DNA of 64,000 bases, taken from NCBI GenBank assembly GCA_963767925.1, contig CAVYGB010000002.1, positions 544,001 through 608,000 on the forward strand, written 5' to 3'. The position numbers and the translations under genes are program-made. The notes beneath the pieces are model-generated. The model ran no database searches, had not been told where the DNA came from, and saw only the letters and a list, made by a program, of their open reading frames with translations. This stretch comes from an uncultured delta proteobacterium. Its GTDB lineage: Bacteria > Myxococcota_A > Polyangia > Fen-1088. Shown one piece after another: positions 19,555-29,608 of the stretch; the first letter of the stretch is position 1; every line of letters begins with the position of its first letter.

Positions 19555-19752
19555 GCTCCCCCTCCGCGCCGGCCTGGCTTCACAGGAAAAGTATAAGCCA
19601 GGTTCGGGAGCGGCAGCGCGGCTGCGACGATCTGGCGCCCGGCGGCCGACCACGAAGCTCAGCCCTTGCTGTTCTCCTCGAGCTGGGCGCGCAGGTATAT
19701 TCGGCGCCGAAGTCGTCGGCCTCGAAGACGGGGCGGAGCGGTGGCGGGCGCC

Positions 19753-20865
19753 CTACCGCACCTGAAAGTCGTCGAAATAGAGGGTGCCGGACCAGGTCGC
19801 GTTGACGTAACAGTCGACCACGGCGCGCAGGATGGGCCCGGATTGTCTGGTTCCGACCACTTGCTGCCAGCCCCCCATGGGCACCAGCACCCGGGGCGAG
19901 GCCTGGTAGTGGTAGGGCGCGCCCTCGTGAAGGACGCCCAGCTCGCAGCCGGAGCCCACGTCTCCGGCCGGGAAGGGCTGACCGCGCCACTGCACCCAGA
20001 AGCTGACGCTGCGGGCCCCCAGATCGCCCACCGCGCCTTCGCACAGGGGCTTGCTGAAGACCAGGCGGCCGCTGCCGTTGGTGATCGTGACGGCCAGCGA
20101 ACGGCTGCCCCCGTGGGCCAGCTCGGTCGTCACACGGGGCGCGGCGAACGGGCCCTCGGCCTGGGTCACCGTCCACCCGCCGATACCGCCGCTCTCGAAG
20201 TCCTGATCGAAGGCGCGACAGCTCCGGCCCGGTCCACACGGCAGAAAGCCGCTCTTGCAGGCGTACTGGCAGATGTGGTCCAGGCAGCTGCCGGTCTGGC
20301 TGGTCGGCTCGACGTCGCAGTCGGCAGAGGAGCAGCAGGCGTAGCAGGCCCCGTCGCACTTCGCGCCTCCGGCGCACTGGTAGTCGCACACCCCGTCGGC
20401 CCGGCAGATGGCCACGCCGTCCGCCGGGGGCGCGGGGCAGGCGCTGCAGCCGGGGCCGCAGGCCCGGGGCGAGTTGCTGGCCACACAGACCGACCCCTGC
20501 CGGCACATACCGGCGCCGCAAGCGGGCGGCTCCTGCGCGTCGATCGAGGGCGCGGGGGGCGGAGGCTCCGGGGGCGAAGGCTCGGGTGGCACGGGCGCGT
20601 CGCGCCTGCCGGTGGGACCGTCGGCGGCCGCGTCTGGCCGAGTTTCCTCGCCCGGCGTCGCCCCGCCCGCGTCGGCCCCTCCCGATCCCCCGTCGGAGGG
20701 GCCCGAGGTCGACCCGGTCCCGGCCTCCGCTACTGGCTCGTTTCTCGGGGCGGCGCAGGCGGGCAGCAGGACCAGCAGCGCCAGGACAACGCCGAGCGCC
20801 CGAAGCCCTCCACGGATTGTCGCGCCCGCGCGTGCCGCCATCACCCAGTTCATAGCCGAACCCAC
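19753..20865 (-). CDS. Lipoprotein with a Pro-rich linker, Cys-rich region and C-terminal CBM-like beta-sandwich
   Basis: Lipobox LPAC; DFESGGIGGW...AHGGSRSLAV...LYFDDFQV resembles CBM4/9 folds. Confidence 0.65.
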   Translation of the reverse strand: MGSAMNWVMAARAGATIRGGLRALGVVLALLVLLPACAAPRNEPVAEAGTGSTSGPSDGGSGGADAGGATPGEETRPDAAADGPTGRRDAPVPPEPSPPEPPPPAPSIDAQEPPACGAGMCRQGSVCVASNSPRACGPGCSACPAPPADGVAICRADGVCDYQCAGGAKCDGACYACCSSADCDVEPTSQTGSCLDHICQYACKSGFLPCGPGRSCRAFDQDFESGGIGGWTVTQAEGPFAAPRVTTELAHGGSRSLAVTITNGSGRLVFSKPLCEGAVGDLGARSVSFWVQWRGQPFPAGDVGSGCELGVLHEGAPYHYQASPRVLVPMGGWQQVVGTRQSGPILRAVVDCYVNATWSGTLYFDDFQVR

Positions 20866-21025
20866 CGCCGCCGGCGGACGCTTTTGGGATTCGATCGAGG
20901 AAGGCGGCCTCCGGCGGTGTCACAAATCGAAACAGCCCCGCCGCTCGGAGTCGCCCGATACTCCGTGCGTGCCCGCAGGCATTCGTGATCCTTACGTCAG
21001 ACGGTGCATCCACGAGATTTTCTCC

Positions 21026-22489
21026 ATGAATCCCGGAAGCAAGTGCCTCTTCGCTCTCCTCTGCGCCGCCTTCTCGCTCCATTGCGCGAGCCCTCGCGAC
21101 GAAGGCATCACCGAGGTCGACGCCAGCGACGACGCGCCCGCGCGCAGCCCCGCGGTTGAAGCGGGCGGTCCGCCCGGGCCGCTCGACGCGGGCCACGCTC
21201 CGCCTTCCGCAGACGGGGCGGCGCCCACAGCCGATCCAGACGCCGGAGCCATGGACGGTCGCGACCTCGATGCCTCTCCGCCGCCGACCCCTCCAGCGCC
21301 GCCGATCCCTCCAGCGCCGCCGCCGACCGACCCACCGTCGCGGCTGGTCTCGGTCACCAGCCTGGCCGACTTCGGGTATGTCGCCGTGTCGGCCGACGCC
21401 ATCTACGCGACGGGATCGTTCGGTCTGTTCACCAGGACCCACGACTTCGGGGGCGTCACCGCCGCCGGCGCCGGCGCCCAGGACTTCTACGTTGCCCGGT
21501 ACGACCTCGAGGGGAACCTGCAGTGGGTGAAGACCACGGGCAACGCCGGCTACGACTATGGAAGCGGCATCGCCCTGGCCAGGGACGGCACCGTCGTGGT
21601 CTCGGGCTGCTATCGGAAGACCCTGGACCTGGAGGGCATGACGTTGCCGGACATGGGCGGCGGCGAGAACGAGAACGGGTTTGTCGCCTGGTATTCGCCC
21701 AGCGGGAGCCTGCTGCGGGTCTCCAGCAGGACCGGCTGCGGCGGCGTGCAGTTCGATGCCTCGGGAAACCTGCTGGCCACAAGCTACTCCCTCAACCAGA
21801 GCTCGCTGGTCAGCTTCGCCCCGGACGGGCAGGTGAACTGGATCGCCGACGACAAGTTCTCCAGCGGGTCGATCGCCATCCAGGCGGACGGCAGCTTCTT
21901 CGTGGGCGCCCAGCTGAACCCCAGCCTGCAGGTCGTCCTGCGCGACGGCCGACAGCAGACGCTGATCAGCAAGGGGAGCCTCGACATCGCCGTCCTGAAG
22001 TACACCCGCGACGGCAAGGTGGTCTGGGCGACCGGGTTCGGCAGCGAGGGCTTCGACTTCGCCAACATCGCCGCCGACGCGGCCGACGTCTACGTGTCTG
22101 GCAGCTTCGAGGGGGCCAGCCTCGAGGTGGGCGGCCAGTCACGGCCGCGCGCCGCGAAGGTCACCGCCTTCGCGGTCAAGCTCGCGGGGAGCGACGGACG
22201 GCTGCAATGGGTCCAGAGCTACCGCTCCACCGACAATCTGATCATGGGGTCGCCGGCCGTCGACGCCCGCGGCCGGCTCGTCCTGGGCGTCAGCTTCAGC
22301 ACCGGCTCGGGCAGCATCGACCTGGGCCTCGGCGACGCGTCGGGCACGGGTGTGGCGGGCTTTCTGGACACCAGGACCGGAAAGCCGATCCTGGTCATCT
22401 CCACCGTCTCCGGCGTCGATTCGTTCGCCCTGTCTCCCGGCGGCGACCTCTACATCGGTGGTAGAAGGCTGCTCCGACTGACCCCCTGA
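21026..22489 (+). CDS. Beta-propeller lipoprotein
   Basis: Signal SLHC, Pro-rich linker, repeats DFYVARYDLEGNLQW and DIAVLKYTRDGKVVW. Confidence 0.75.
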   Translation: MNPGSKCLFALLCAAFSLHCASPRDEGITEVDASDDAPARSPAVEAGGPPGPLDAGHAPPSADGAAPTADPDAGAMDGRDLDASPPPTPPAPPIPPAPPPTDPPSRLVSVTSLADFGYVAVSADAIYATGSFGLFTRTHDFGGVTAAGAGAQDFYVARYDLEGNLQWVKTTGNAGYDYGSGIALARDGTVVVSGCYRKTLDLEGMTLPDMGGGENENGFVAWYSPSGSLLRVSSRTGCGGVQFDASGNLLATSYSLNQSSLVSFAPDGQVNWIADDKFSSGSIAIQADGSFFVGAQLNPSLQVVLRDGRQQTLISKGSLDIAVLKYTRDGKVVWATGFGSEGFDFANIAADAADVYVSGSFEGASLEVGGQSRPRAAKVTAFAVKLAGSDGRLQWVQSYRSTDNLIMGSPAVDARGRLVLGVSFSTGSGSIDLGLGDASGTGVAGFLDTRTGKPILVISTVSGVDSFALSPGGDLYIGGRRLLRLTP

Positions 22490-22598
22490 GTGGACGCGGG
22501 GCCGCGGTGATCGGTCGGCCAGATCACCTGGAATTGGCGAACCGCTGGGGCAGCCGAGCGGCGGGAGCCGAGTCTCGCGACCGGGCGATCGCGAGCTG

Positions 22599-22976
22599 TC
22601 ACACTCGGATGATCTCCACATGCAGCCCCGCGCCTTCGGCGAGCGGGGCGAGGTCGTCGGGGTCGGCCGTGACGATCCAGTCGCCGTCGCTGGCAAGGAG
22701 CACCAGCGCCGAGTCGACGACGTCGGCTCGCCGCGCTCGGGCGAGCAGCAGCCCCGCCCGGCGCCCGAGCTCGAGGCCCAGGTCGACCACCTCGATCGCC
22801 TGGAGGAGCCTCGCGACGCGGGCCTGTCTGGCCCCTGCCCGCCAGATCTGGCCGACCACGCCACCGTGCGTACATGGCCGCCGCCGGGCCTCGAGCTCGC
22901 GCTTCAACAGCGCCGCGACAATTCGATCGCCCCGCTCGAAGGCGATGAATGCCCCGGCGTCGAGGACGAGCTTCAC
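22599..22976 (-). CDS. PIN-domain (VapC-like) toxin
   Basis: LVLDAGAFIA, DVVDSALV and IVTADPDD acidic PIN motifs. Overlaps the upstream antitoxin by 4 bp. Confidence 0.85.
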   Translation of the reverse strand: MKLVLDAGAFIAFERGDRIVAALLKRELEARRRPCTHGGVVGQIWRAGARQARVARLLQAIEVVDLGLELGRRAGLLLARARRADVVDSALVLLASDGDWIVTADPDDLAPLAEGAGLHVEIIRV

Positions 22977-23299
22977 CGGCTCCGCCTGGGGGCGCGCGAC
23001 GGTCGCGCCGCCGCGCGGGCCTCTCCCGCCCGGGCGCCCCGGACGCTCACCGACCGCGAGCGGGCGGCGCGCACCGCTCTCTCGATCTCTCCGGGGGTGA
23101 TCTCGCCATGCTCGGCCTCGAAGACGGCGATGACCCCGGCCAGCTCGGCGAGACCCCGGTCGTGTTCGACCTTCAGTCGCATGGCGTCGTTAACCCATGC
23201 GCTCACGTTGGCCACCTCACCCCGCTTTGCCGCCGACTCCGCCGCGCCCAGGAGCTCGGCATCCACCGAGGCGCTCAGGCGCTGCTTCGTGGCCTTCAT
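22973..23299 (-). CDS. Ribbon-helix-helix antitoxin
   Basis: KQRLSASVDAELL...NVSAWVNDAM RHH pattern with acidic FEAEHGEIT tail; first gene of the pair. Confidence 0.8.
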   Translation of the reverse strand: MKATKQRLSASVDAELLGAAESAAKRGEVANVSAWVNDAMRLKVEHDRGLAELAGVIAVFEAEHGEITPGEIERAVRAARSRSVSVRGARAGEARAAARPSRAPRRSR

Positions 23300-23426
23300 A
23301 CATTCATGCTACACGCCACCCACGATCGTAGCAACGGTGCGCCGCGGGGTGCCGCTGGCTACCCCGCGACAGGCTGCGCTCCCCCAGCTCCGGAGCGTCC
23401 GCCCAGCTCGCCCGTTGGGGGGGCCG

Positions 23427-23944
23427 TCACGCGCGGGCGGGGATCGGGGCTCTCTTCCAGCGGCCCCAGGCGATCAGGGCGGCCAGGCCGCCGAAGACGA
23501 GGTTGACCGGGAGGACCTGGGGTTCTCCCCGCCAGAGGTGGAAGACGGCGGCGAGGACGGTGATGAGGGCGAGGCCCGTCGCCGCGAGGGGGGTGAGGCG
23601 CGGTTTGATCCGGGTGAGGGCGGGCAGCACCAGGCCCAGCGCGCCGGCCAGCTCGGCGAGGCCGATGAAGCGGACCAGTGCGGGCGGCAGCTCGCCCGGC
23701 CACACCATCATTGCGGCGAGCTCGGGGATAGGCTGGGTCGCCTTCATCAGCCCGCCCGTGGCGAACACCACGCCGAGCAGCGCTTGCACGACCCAGAGCG
23801 CGACGTGAAAGGCGCCGCGCGGGCGGGCGGACGCGGTCGAAGGGGCGGGGATGGTCGGTACCGTCCGGGAGGTTGCGGGCGCGGGGGCGCGGCGGGTGCG
23901 GTCAGGGCAGAGGCAGTTGCGGCGCTGGCGGTCGGGGTGGTCAT
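23427..23944 (-). CDS. DoxX-family membrane protein (apparent frameshift near 23885)
   Basis: LWVVQALL...GLMKA, VRFIGLAELAGALGLVLP and LTPLAATGL. The ATG at 23944 is out of frame with the body. Confidence 0.75.
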
Positions 23945-24268
23945 GGGAGATTCCTCGGGTTGGGGGTCACGCCGGCCCGGAGATCCGTTTCGTCTCCGAG
24001 CCTCTACCCGGGATCCGTTCCATCTTGCGGAACAACGTTCAGCGGCAGGACTGATCGCGCGAGTCAACGCTGCCGCTCGGCCACCCGCCGCATCAGACGA
24101 TCAGCGACGCCAGCAGCGGCTCGGGTTGGCGCTGGCGTTTGGCGCGGCAGTTGCTGGTGAGTCAGGGCGAGCGCCGCCGCTGGGAAGGGTTCCCGGTACG
24201 AAGTCCCGACCAGTCCTGCCCCCGCGGGGCGGCGCTCATGAGACATCCCACCTACCGAAAGGCGATAC

Positions 24269-24852
24269 ATGACCTCGATCAATTCCCTCTTTAAGACGAA
24301 GATTCCGCTGGTCGGAGTTACCTTTGCCCTGTCGCTGGCTCTCGTTGGCGGCTGCGATAGCAACGAAGCACTCGTGACACCTGATCAAGGCGAGTTCAGA
24401 GCCTCCCGCCCGCCGCGCTGAAACAGCGAATGGACGCCTCACCCGAGACAAAACAGCAGACTGGCATCGCACTCTGGGAGCTGGAGACCGTCGGTGGACG
24501 GGCGACTTTTACGGGCGTTTCATCGAGCGGACAGTCTCTTGGTCGCTGGAACGCAATTTCCCTTGGCGCTGAGACGGTCGAGATCAATCAGAGCGTGCCG
24601 AATCGAGTCGCGATCCGACTCACGAGAGATGGAAAGATCTCGTCAGAGGGCAGGCTCAATGAGTCGTCGAAGAAGATGCTCCTGGCCCTGGCTTCTGACA
24701 TTGCGTCCGGGATCGTTCCTCAGGGCTGCATCGGAACCACGATTGCCATGTTCGGCATTTGCGCCGTGGCGTTGGCCGAGCCGACGTTTCTTGGCGAACT
24801 CGCGTGCGTCGCTGCGTACATTTCGTACGTAGAAGACTGCGGGGCTTCTTAG
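24269..24852 (+). CDS. Putative lipoprotein with a Cys-containing hydrophobic C-terminal peptide (frameshift near 24390)
   Basis: MTSINSLFKTKIPLVGVTFALSLALVGGC lipoprotein signal from 24269 continues, after a one-base shift, into ORF 24430-24852. Confidence 0.55.
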
Positions 24853-24863
24853 CCGCAGCTTGA

Positions 24864-25366
24864 GAGCCAGACGCTGAAACCTGCGGAGAATTTGCGCCGA
24901 TGGGCGAAACGAGGTATCGAGGCCGGGACGCGTGCTCGTGGGCGTGTTCGAGCGCGTGTTCGAGTTCGAGTTCGTGTGGGGCGAGCGTTGAGCGGCCAGG
25001 CGGCTCTCGGTGCGCGTAAATCACGCGAGCCGAGGCCCGCGGGCCGAACACGCTCACCACACACGGACACGAACTCGAACACGCGCTCGAACACGAGCAC
25101 GACCACGACAGCCGCGGCAGTCATCAGGGTTGGTGGCGGTGCATGCCGGCGAGCCGAGTGAGCATCGCGCACAGCCGGTCGAGCAGAGACATCACCGCTT
25201 CGATCTCGGTATCGGGAGCAAGTCCCAGGATTGCAACCGCCTCCAAGGCGGCTGCCGCCTCGGACGCTTCGCCTCTGGCGGTGCGGAACCGTGAGATCCT
25301 GTCGGCGCCCGTTCGGCTGGATGCCTCGGCGATGCCCAGGTATGCCGACAACAGCGCGCGCCGAAG
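24864..25366 (+). mobile_element. IS5-family (IS1031-like) element, copy 2: left end plus four-helix-bundle passenger; right part missing
   Basis: Left TIR GAGCCAGACGCTGAAACCTGCGG at 24864. Near-identical to 39172-39382 and to 1-340. Confidence 0.85.
25124..25366 (-). pseudogene. Four-helix-bundle protein fragment
   Basis: Near-identical to 98-340. Confidence 0.75.
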
Positions 25367-25574
25367 TACTGGGGCCCGGCGCCGGATCGGCGGTGTTGTG
25401 GGGATGCGGGGCGGGCCTTGTGAGCGTCGCAGTCCTGGTCGCTTATCTGTCGCTCTTGCCCGTCTTTGGTGAACGACTGCTCCCTTCCACGTCGGGAGCA
25501 AGCACTGGCGTTGGTCGACTAGCGCTGCTCGTCATCGCCAGCGCACTTGCTGGCCCCTTTCTCGAGGAGGCCTG
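25367..25574 (+). pseudogene. Fragment of a CPBP (CAAX) intramembrane protease
   Basis: Hydrophobic helices ending LAGPFLEE, the start of the CPBP EE motif. Truncated on both sides. Confidence 0.45.
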
Positions 25575-26660
25575 GTGCGCGTGGTCTTGCCCCTGCCGGC
25601 CAACATGGACGTCCTCGATCTCGAGGGCAACGTCGTCACGCCGCCCGACCGCACCATCGCCGTGTGGCGCGGGGTTCCCAGCGTCGCCGACACGGTGCTG
25701 ACCGCCCCTTACCAGCTCGACGGGCGGGCGGCCACGCTCCCCGAGCAGGCCCGGGCCGCGCTGCTCGGCCACAGCGAGGCAGCGAGCGCCACTACCGCCG
25801 AGCTCGAGGGGATCGCCGCTTTCCAGCGGGCGACCTTCTCTTCGGGGCGGGCCCGCTTCGTCTCCGTCCTGCTCGACCTGGGCGTCCCGCTCGCGCAGAT
25901 CCCCTCCCCCGAGGACTTCATGCCCCTCACGCCGCCGCTAGCGCGGGGGCGCGCGCTGTACAAGAAGGCCTGCCTGCAGGCGTGCCACGGCGGCGCCACC
26001 ACCGACCGGATCGTCAACCGCGAGGTGCAGGCCCTGTGGTTTCCCGCGCTCACCGCCGAGGGGAACGTGCGCTTCGACGTCGTCCCGGGGCGGGGCCCGG
26101 TGCCGGTGCGCCGCTCGCGCCCGGACGTCGAGTTTCTCAACATCGGCGTCGGCCTCACCACCTACTTCGGGCAGCTCGGGCTCGGCACGGCCTTCAACGA
26201 TCCGGTGAAGCTGCCGCGCTACCGGTTCCGTTTCTATGAGGACGGCACCCGCCGCGCCGCGATCGTCGATCTGCCGCCGCGGCCCATGACGAAAAGTGGC
26301 GACCCCCTCGACCCGCGGCCGGCCCTCGACGAGCGGGGCGCGCCCATCGTGGGACCCAACCTGGTCCCGCAGCTCTTCACGACCGACCCCGGGCGCGCCG
26401 CCATCACCGGCGATCCGGCGGACTTCGAGGCGTTCGATATGCCTCCGCTCCGCGGCGTCGCCCGCACGGCCCCCTACTTCCACGACAACAGCCACGGCAC
26501 CTTGCGCGAGGTCGTGGACGCCTACAGCCGCTTCATCCTCCCGTTCGCCACGCCGCTCGGCCTCCCCGGCGTCCACCCCCCCGAACGCGCCGGGGGCCGG
26601 CCCGAGTCGCTGACTCCGGCCGAGAAGGACGATCTGCTCAGCTTCCTCGAGCGGCTGTGA
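25575..26660 (+). pseudogene. Cytochrome c peroxidase/MauG-like protein, C-terminal part only
   Basis: CLQACHGG, TDPGRAAITG, FDMPPLRGVARTAPYFHDNS and EKDDLLSFLERL. No signal peptide or first heme motif. Confidence 0.7.
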
Positions 26661-26786
26661 GGAGCGCGCTCAGCAGTGCCGAGGCTCGGGGCGCCGGCTT
26701 GAACAGATTGTTCAGCCGTTCCCGTGCGCGCGCAGCCTGTCCCTCCCCCGCGAAACGCAGGAGAGGGACAGCCGCTCGCGGGAGCG

Positions 26787-26909
26787 TCAGTTGGAGTGGC
26801 GGCCCGTGCGACGGCGGCCTCCGCCGCCCGCGACGAGGGCGAGCTCGCTCTCGGTGAGCTCGGGGAGCTGGGTGGCGGTCTGGGTCTCGGGCTCATTGTT
26901 CTTCTTCAC
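26787..26909 (-). CDS. 40 aa double-glycine leader peptide precursor
   Basis: RBS GGAGGT then GTG. MKKNNEPETQTATQLPELTESELALVAGG-GGRRRTGRHSN fits the ELSxxELxxVxGG consensus. Confidence 0.7.
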   Translation of the reverse strand: MKKNNEPETQTATQLPELTESELALVAGGGGRRRTGRHSN

Positions 26910-27248
26910 GGGTACCTCCACATGGTCGGTTCGCGCCGTTACGACCTGCCTTGAGCTCCGGCCGCATCGGCAATCACCCCCCAGTGCAGACCCCGTGCCG
27001 CCTCGCGGGCGCATGTCGACTGGGGCCAGCGGCCTGTATTTGTACAAATTGCGTAAAATACCCAGGACAAATTGTGACGATCGCCGTCTCATGTCACGCA
27101 GGAGGTGCGGCTGGCCCACCCGAGGGTCGACCACGGCGACCTGTCACATCGCCCGCGGCGCCGGCGTTCTCGCCCTCGCTGACTCGACAGCCGTGATATC
27201 GAAGCCGCTCCGTTGCACGCCGAAACCCGCTCTTCCAGGAGGCGTCCG

Positions 27249-28484
27249 ATGCAAACAAGTCGTGTGTGGTCTTCTTTCATGTGTGCCGCTCTGTTGATCC
27301 CTTCCGTCAGCGGCTGCGGCGACGATGCCCAGCCCGCTCCAGGTGGAGGAGGCGCCGTCAACGTTCAGGCCCTCACCGTATTCATGGGCACATATACCCG
27401 AGGCTGGGCCTGTCCACCTCCGACGGAGGCCGGCGCGTGCACCAGCAAGGGAATCTACCGGGCGACCTTCGACCCGCAGACCGGTGAGCTGGGCCAGCCC
27501 GAGCTGGCCGCCGAGGCCGACAACCCCTCGTACCTGACGACCAGCGCCGACGGCCGGTTCCTCTTCGCGGTCAACGAGGTCGGCGACTACAAGGGCGAGA
27601 AGAGCGGCGCGGTCAGCGCCTTCGAGATCGACCGCTCCGGAGCGCTCCGCCTCATCAACCAGCTCTCCTCGCATGGCGCCGACCCCTGCCACCTCTCCGT
27701 CGACAGCGCCGGCAAGACGCTCCTGGTGGCCAACTATTCCGGCGGCAACGTCTCGAGCTACCGGATCGGGGCCGACGGCACCCTCGCCGAGGGCAGCAAC
27801 CTGGCCAACCCCGGCGAGCACGGCCCCCACATGAACCAGGAGGCCGCCCACGCCCACTACATCGTCGAGGGCCCGACCCCCGGTCTCGTGTACGTGGCCG
27901 ACCTGGGCCTGGACAAGGTCCTGCTCTACGACCTGGACGCTGCCACCAGCAAGCTGACCCCGCACGCCGCCCAGCCCTTCGTCAGCGTCCCCCCCGGCGG
28001 CGGCCCACGCCACGTCGCCCTGCACCCCAACAAGAAGTTTCTCTACACCAACAACGAGCTGGCCACCGCCGCTTCGGTCTTCGCGCGCAACCCCGACACC
28101 GGCCGCCTCGACGCCACCCCGCTGCAGACCATCAGCACCATCCCCCTTCCCTACACGTCACGCAGCAACAACGCGGAGCTGATCCTCTCTGGCGACGGCC
28201 GGTTCGCCTACGTCTCCAACCGCGGCCACGACAGCATCACGACCTTCTCGGTGGACCCGGCCAGCGGGCGCCTCACCACCGTGGAGAACCTCGCCACCGG
28301 GGGCAAGGAACCCCGCGACTTCAAGATCGACCCCAGCGGCAAGTTCATGGTGGTGGGCCACCAGATCTCCGACGAGGTGATCCTCTTCGCCATCGACGCC
28401 ACCACCGGCAAGCTCCAGCGCAAGGGCACCCCGGTCAAGGTGTCGAAGGTCGTCAACTTCGCCTTCTGGCAAGGGCGCCAGTAG
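27249..28484 (+). CDS. Lactonase (6-phosphogluconolactonase/cycloisomerase family) lipoprotein
   Basis: FMGTYT, NPSYL, GADPCHLS, VANYSGG, AHAH, GGPRH, YVSNRGHDSI and PRDF. RBS AGGAGG. Confidence 0.9.
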   Translation: MQTSRVWSSFMCAALLIPSVSGCGDDAQPAPGGGGAVNVQALTVFMGTYTRGWACPPPTEAGACTSKGIYRATFDPQTGELGQPELAAEADNPSYLTTSADGRFLFAVNEVGDYKGEKSGAVSAFEIDRSGALRLINQLSSHGADPCHLSVDSAGKTLLVANYSGGNVSSYRIGADGTLAEGSNLANPGEHGPHMNQEAAHAHYIVEGPTPGLVYVADLGLDKVLLYDLDAATSKLTPHAAQPFVSVPPGGGPRHVALHPNKKFLYTNNELATAASVFARNPDTGRLDATPLQTISTIPLPYTSRSNNAELILSGDGRFAYVSNRGHDSITTFSVDPASGRLTTVENLATGGKEPRDFKIDPSGKFMVVGHQISDEVILFAIDATTGKLQRKGTPVKVSKVVNFAFWQGRQ

Positions 28485-28603
28485 ATCGCCCCGGGAAGGC
28501 CCGCCCCTCGAGATTCCGCCTGCGCTGACGCCCGTCTCGCTCGAGACGGGCGTCGGCGCGACGGTCGGCGGGTCGGTGTCGGGTTCGGTGTAACCTGGGG
28601 GCC

Positions 28604-29479
28604 ATGATGAAGCGGCGCGGGTTCTTGATGCAGGCGGTAGCCACCGCCGTCCCGCCCTCCCCCCAGGCGCCCTGCATCGATCTGCACTTCCATGCTGGTA
28701 ACCGCAGCGTCGAGGAGTCTCTCGCCCACTGTCGGGCGCTCGGAGTCACCCGGGCGGTGCTGCTCGGGGGGGCCGGGCAGGATGAGGCCTCCCCCGCGAC
28801 GCGGTTGCTGCGCGGGGCCGGCGCGCGGTTCGTCGCCTTCACGCGGGAGGATCCCCGGCAGGCCGAGGCGCCCGCCCGCCTGCGCGCCGCCCTCCGGGCC
28901 GGGGCCGTCGGGATCGGCGAGCAGAAGAGCGCCGTCGCCATCGACGGCCCCGAGATGCGGATGGTCTACGACATCGCCGCCGAGCACCGCGTGCCGGTGT
29001 TGCTGCACATCGGGGGCGAGGACAACTCCGGCTACCAGCGGTTCCCCGCCATCCTGAAGCGGTACCCGTCGGTCACCTTCATCGGGCACGCCACCGGCTT
29101 CTGGGGCCACATCTCGGCCGACTACGACGGCACCACCGGCTACCCGACCGGCCCCGTCGCGCCGGGCGGCTCGACCGATCGCTGGCTCGCCGAATACCCC
29201 AACCTCCACGGCGACCTGTCGGCGCGCTCTGGCCTCGGCGCCCTGACCCGTGACGCCGCCTTCGCCCGGGCGTTCCTGCGCCGCCACGGCCGCAAGCTCC
29301 TCTGGGGAACGGATTGCCCCTGCAAGGACGGCAAGGGCACCGGCCAGCCAGACGGCAAGTGCCTGGGCCAGGAGTCGAAGCGGGCCCTGGTTGCGTTGCT
29401 CGGCAACGGCCGGCTGCTCCAGGACGTCCTCGGCGGAAACGCCCGCCGCCTCCTGAAGCTCGACCGCCTTCGCGGCTGA
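28604..29479 (+). CDS. Amidohydrolase family protein (Amidohydro_2) with a Tat-like motif
   Basis: KRRGFL, IDLHFH, GIGEQK, PVLLH, FIGHA and LLWGTDCP. Confidence 0.85.
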   Translation: MMKRRGFLMQAVATAVPPSPQAPCIDLHFHAGNRSVEESLAHCRALGVTRAVLLGGAGQDEASPATRLLRGAGARFVAFTREDPRQAEAPARLRAALRAGAVGIGEQKSAVAIDGPEMRMVYDIAAEHRVPVLLHIGGEDNSGYQRFPAILKRYPSVTFIGHATGFWGHISADYDGTTGYPTGPVAPGGSTDRWLAEYPNLHGDLSARSGLGALTRDAAFARAFLRRHGRKLLWGTDCPCKDGKGTGQPDGKCLGQESKRALVALLGNGRLLQDVLGGNARRLLKLDRLRG

Positions 29480-29608
29480 GCCCGGCGCTCGCCCCTGGGT
29501 CGTGATCCTTCCGCTGGCCCGTCGCGATTTGTGACGAACCGAGCGCGACTATTCGCTCGAAGGCGGCAGGGCGGGGTGCCAAGGTCGATCGGGCTGCCGA
29601 TCGCCACC

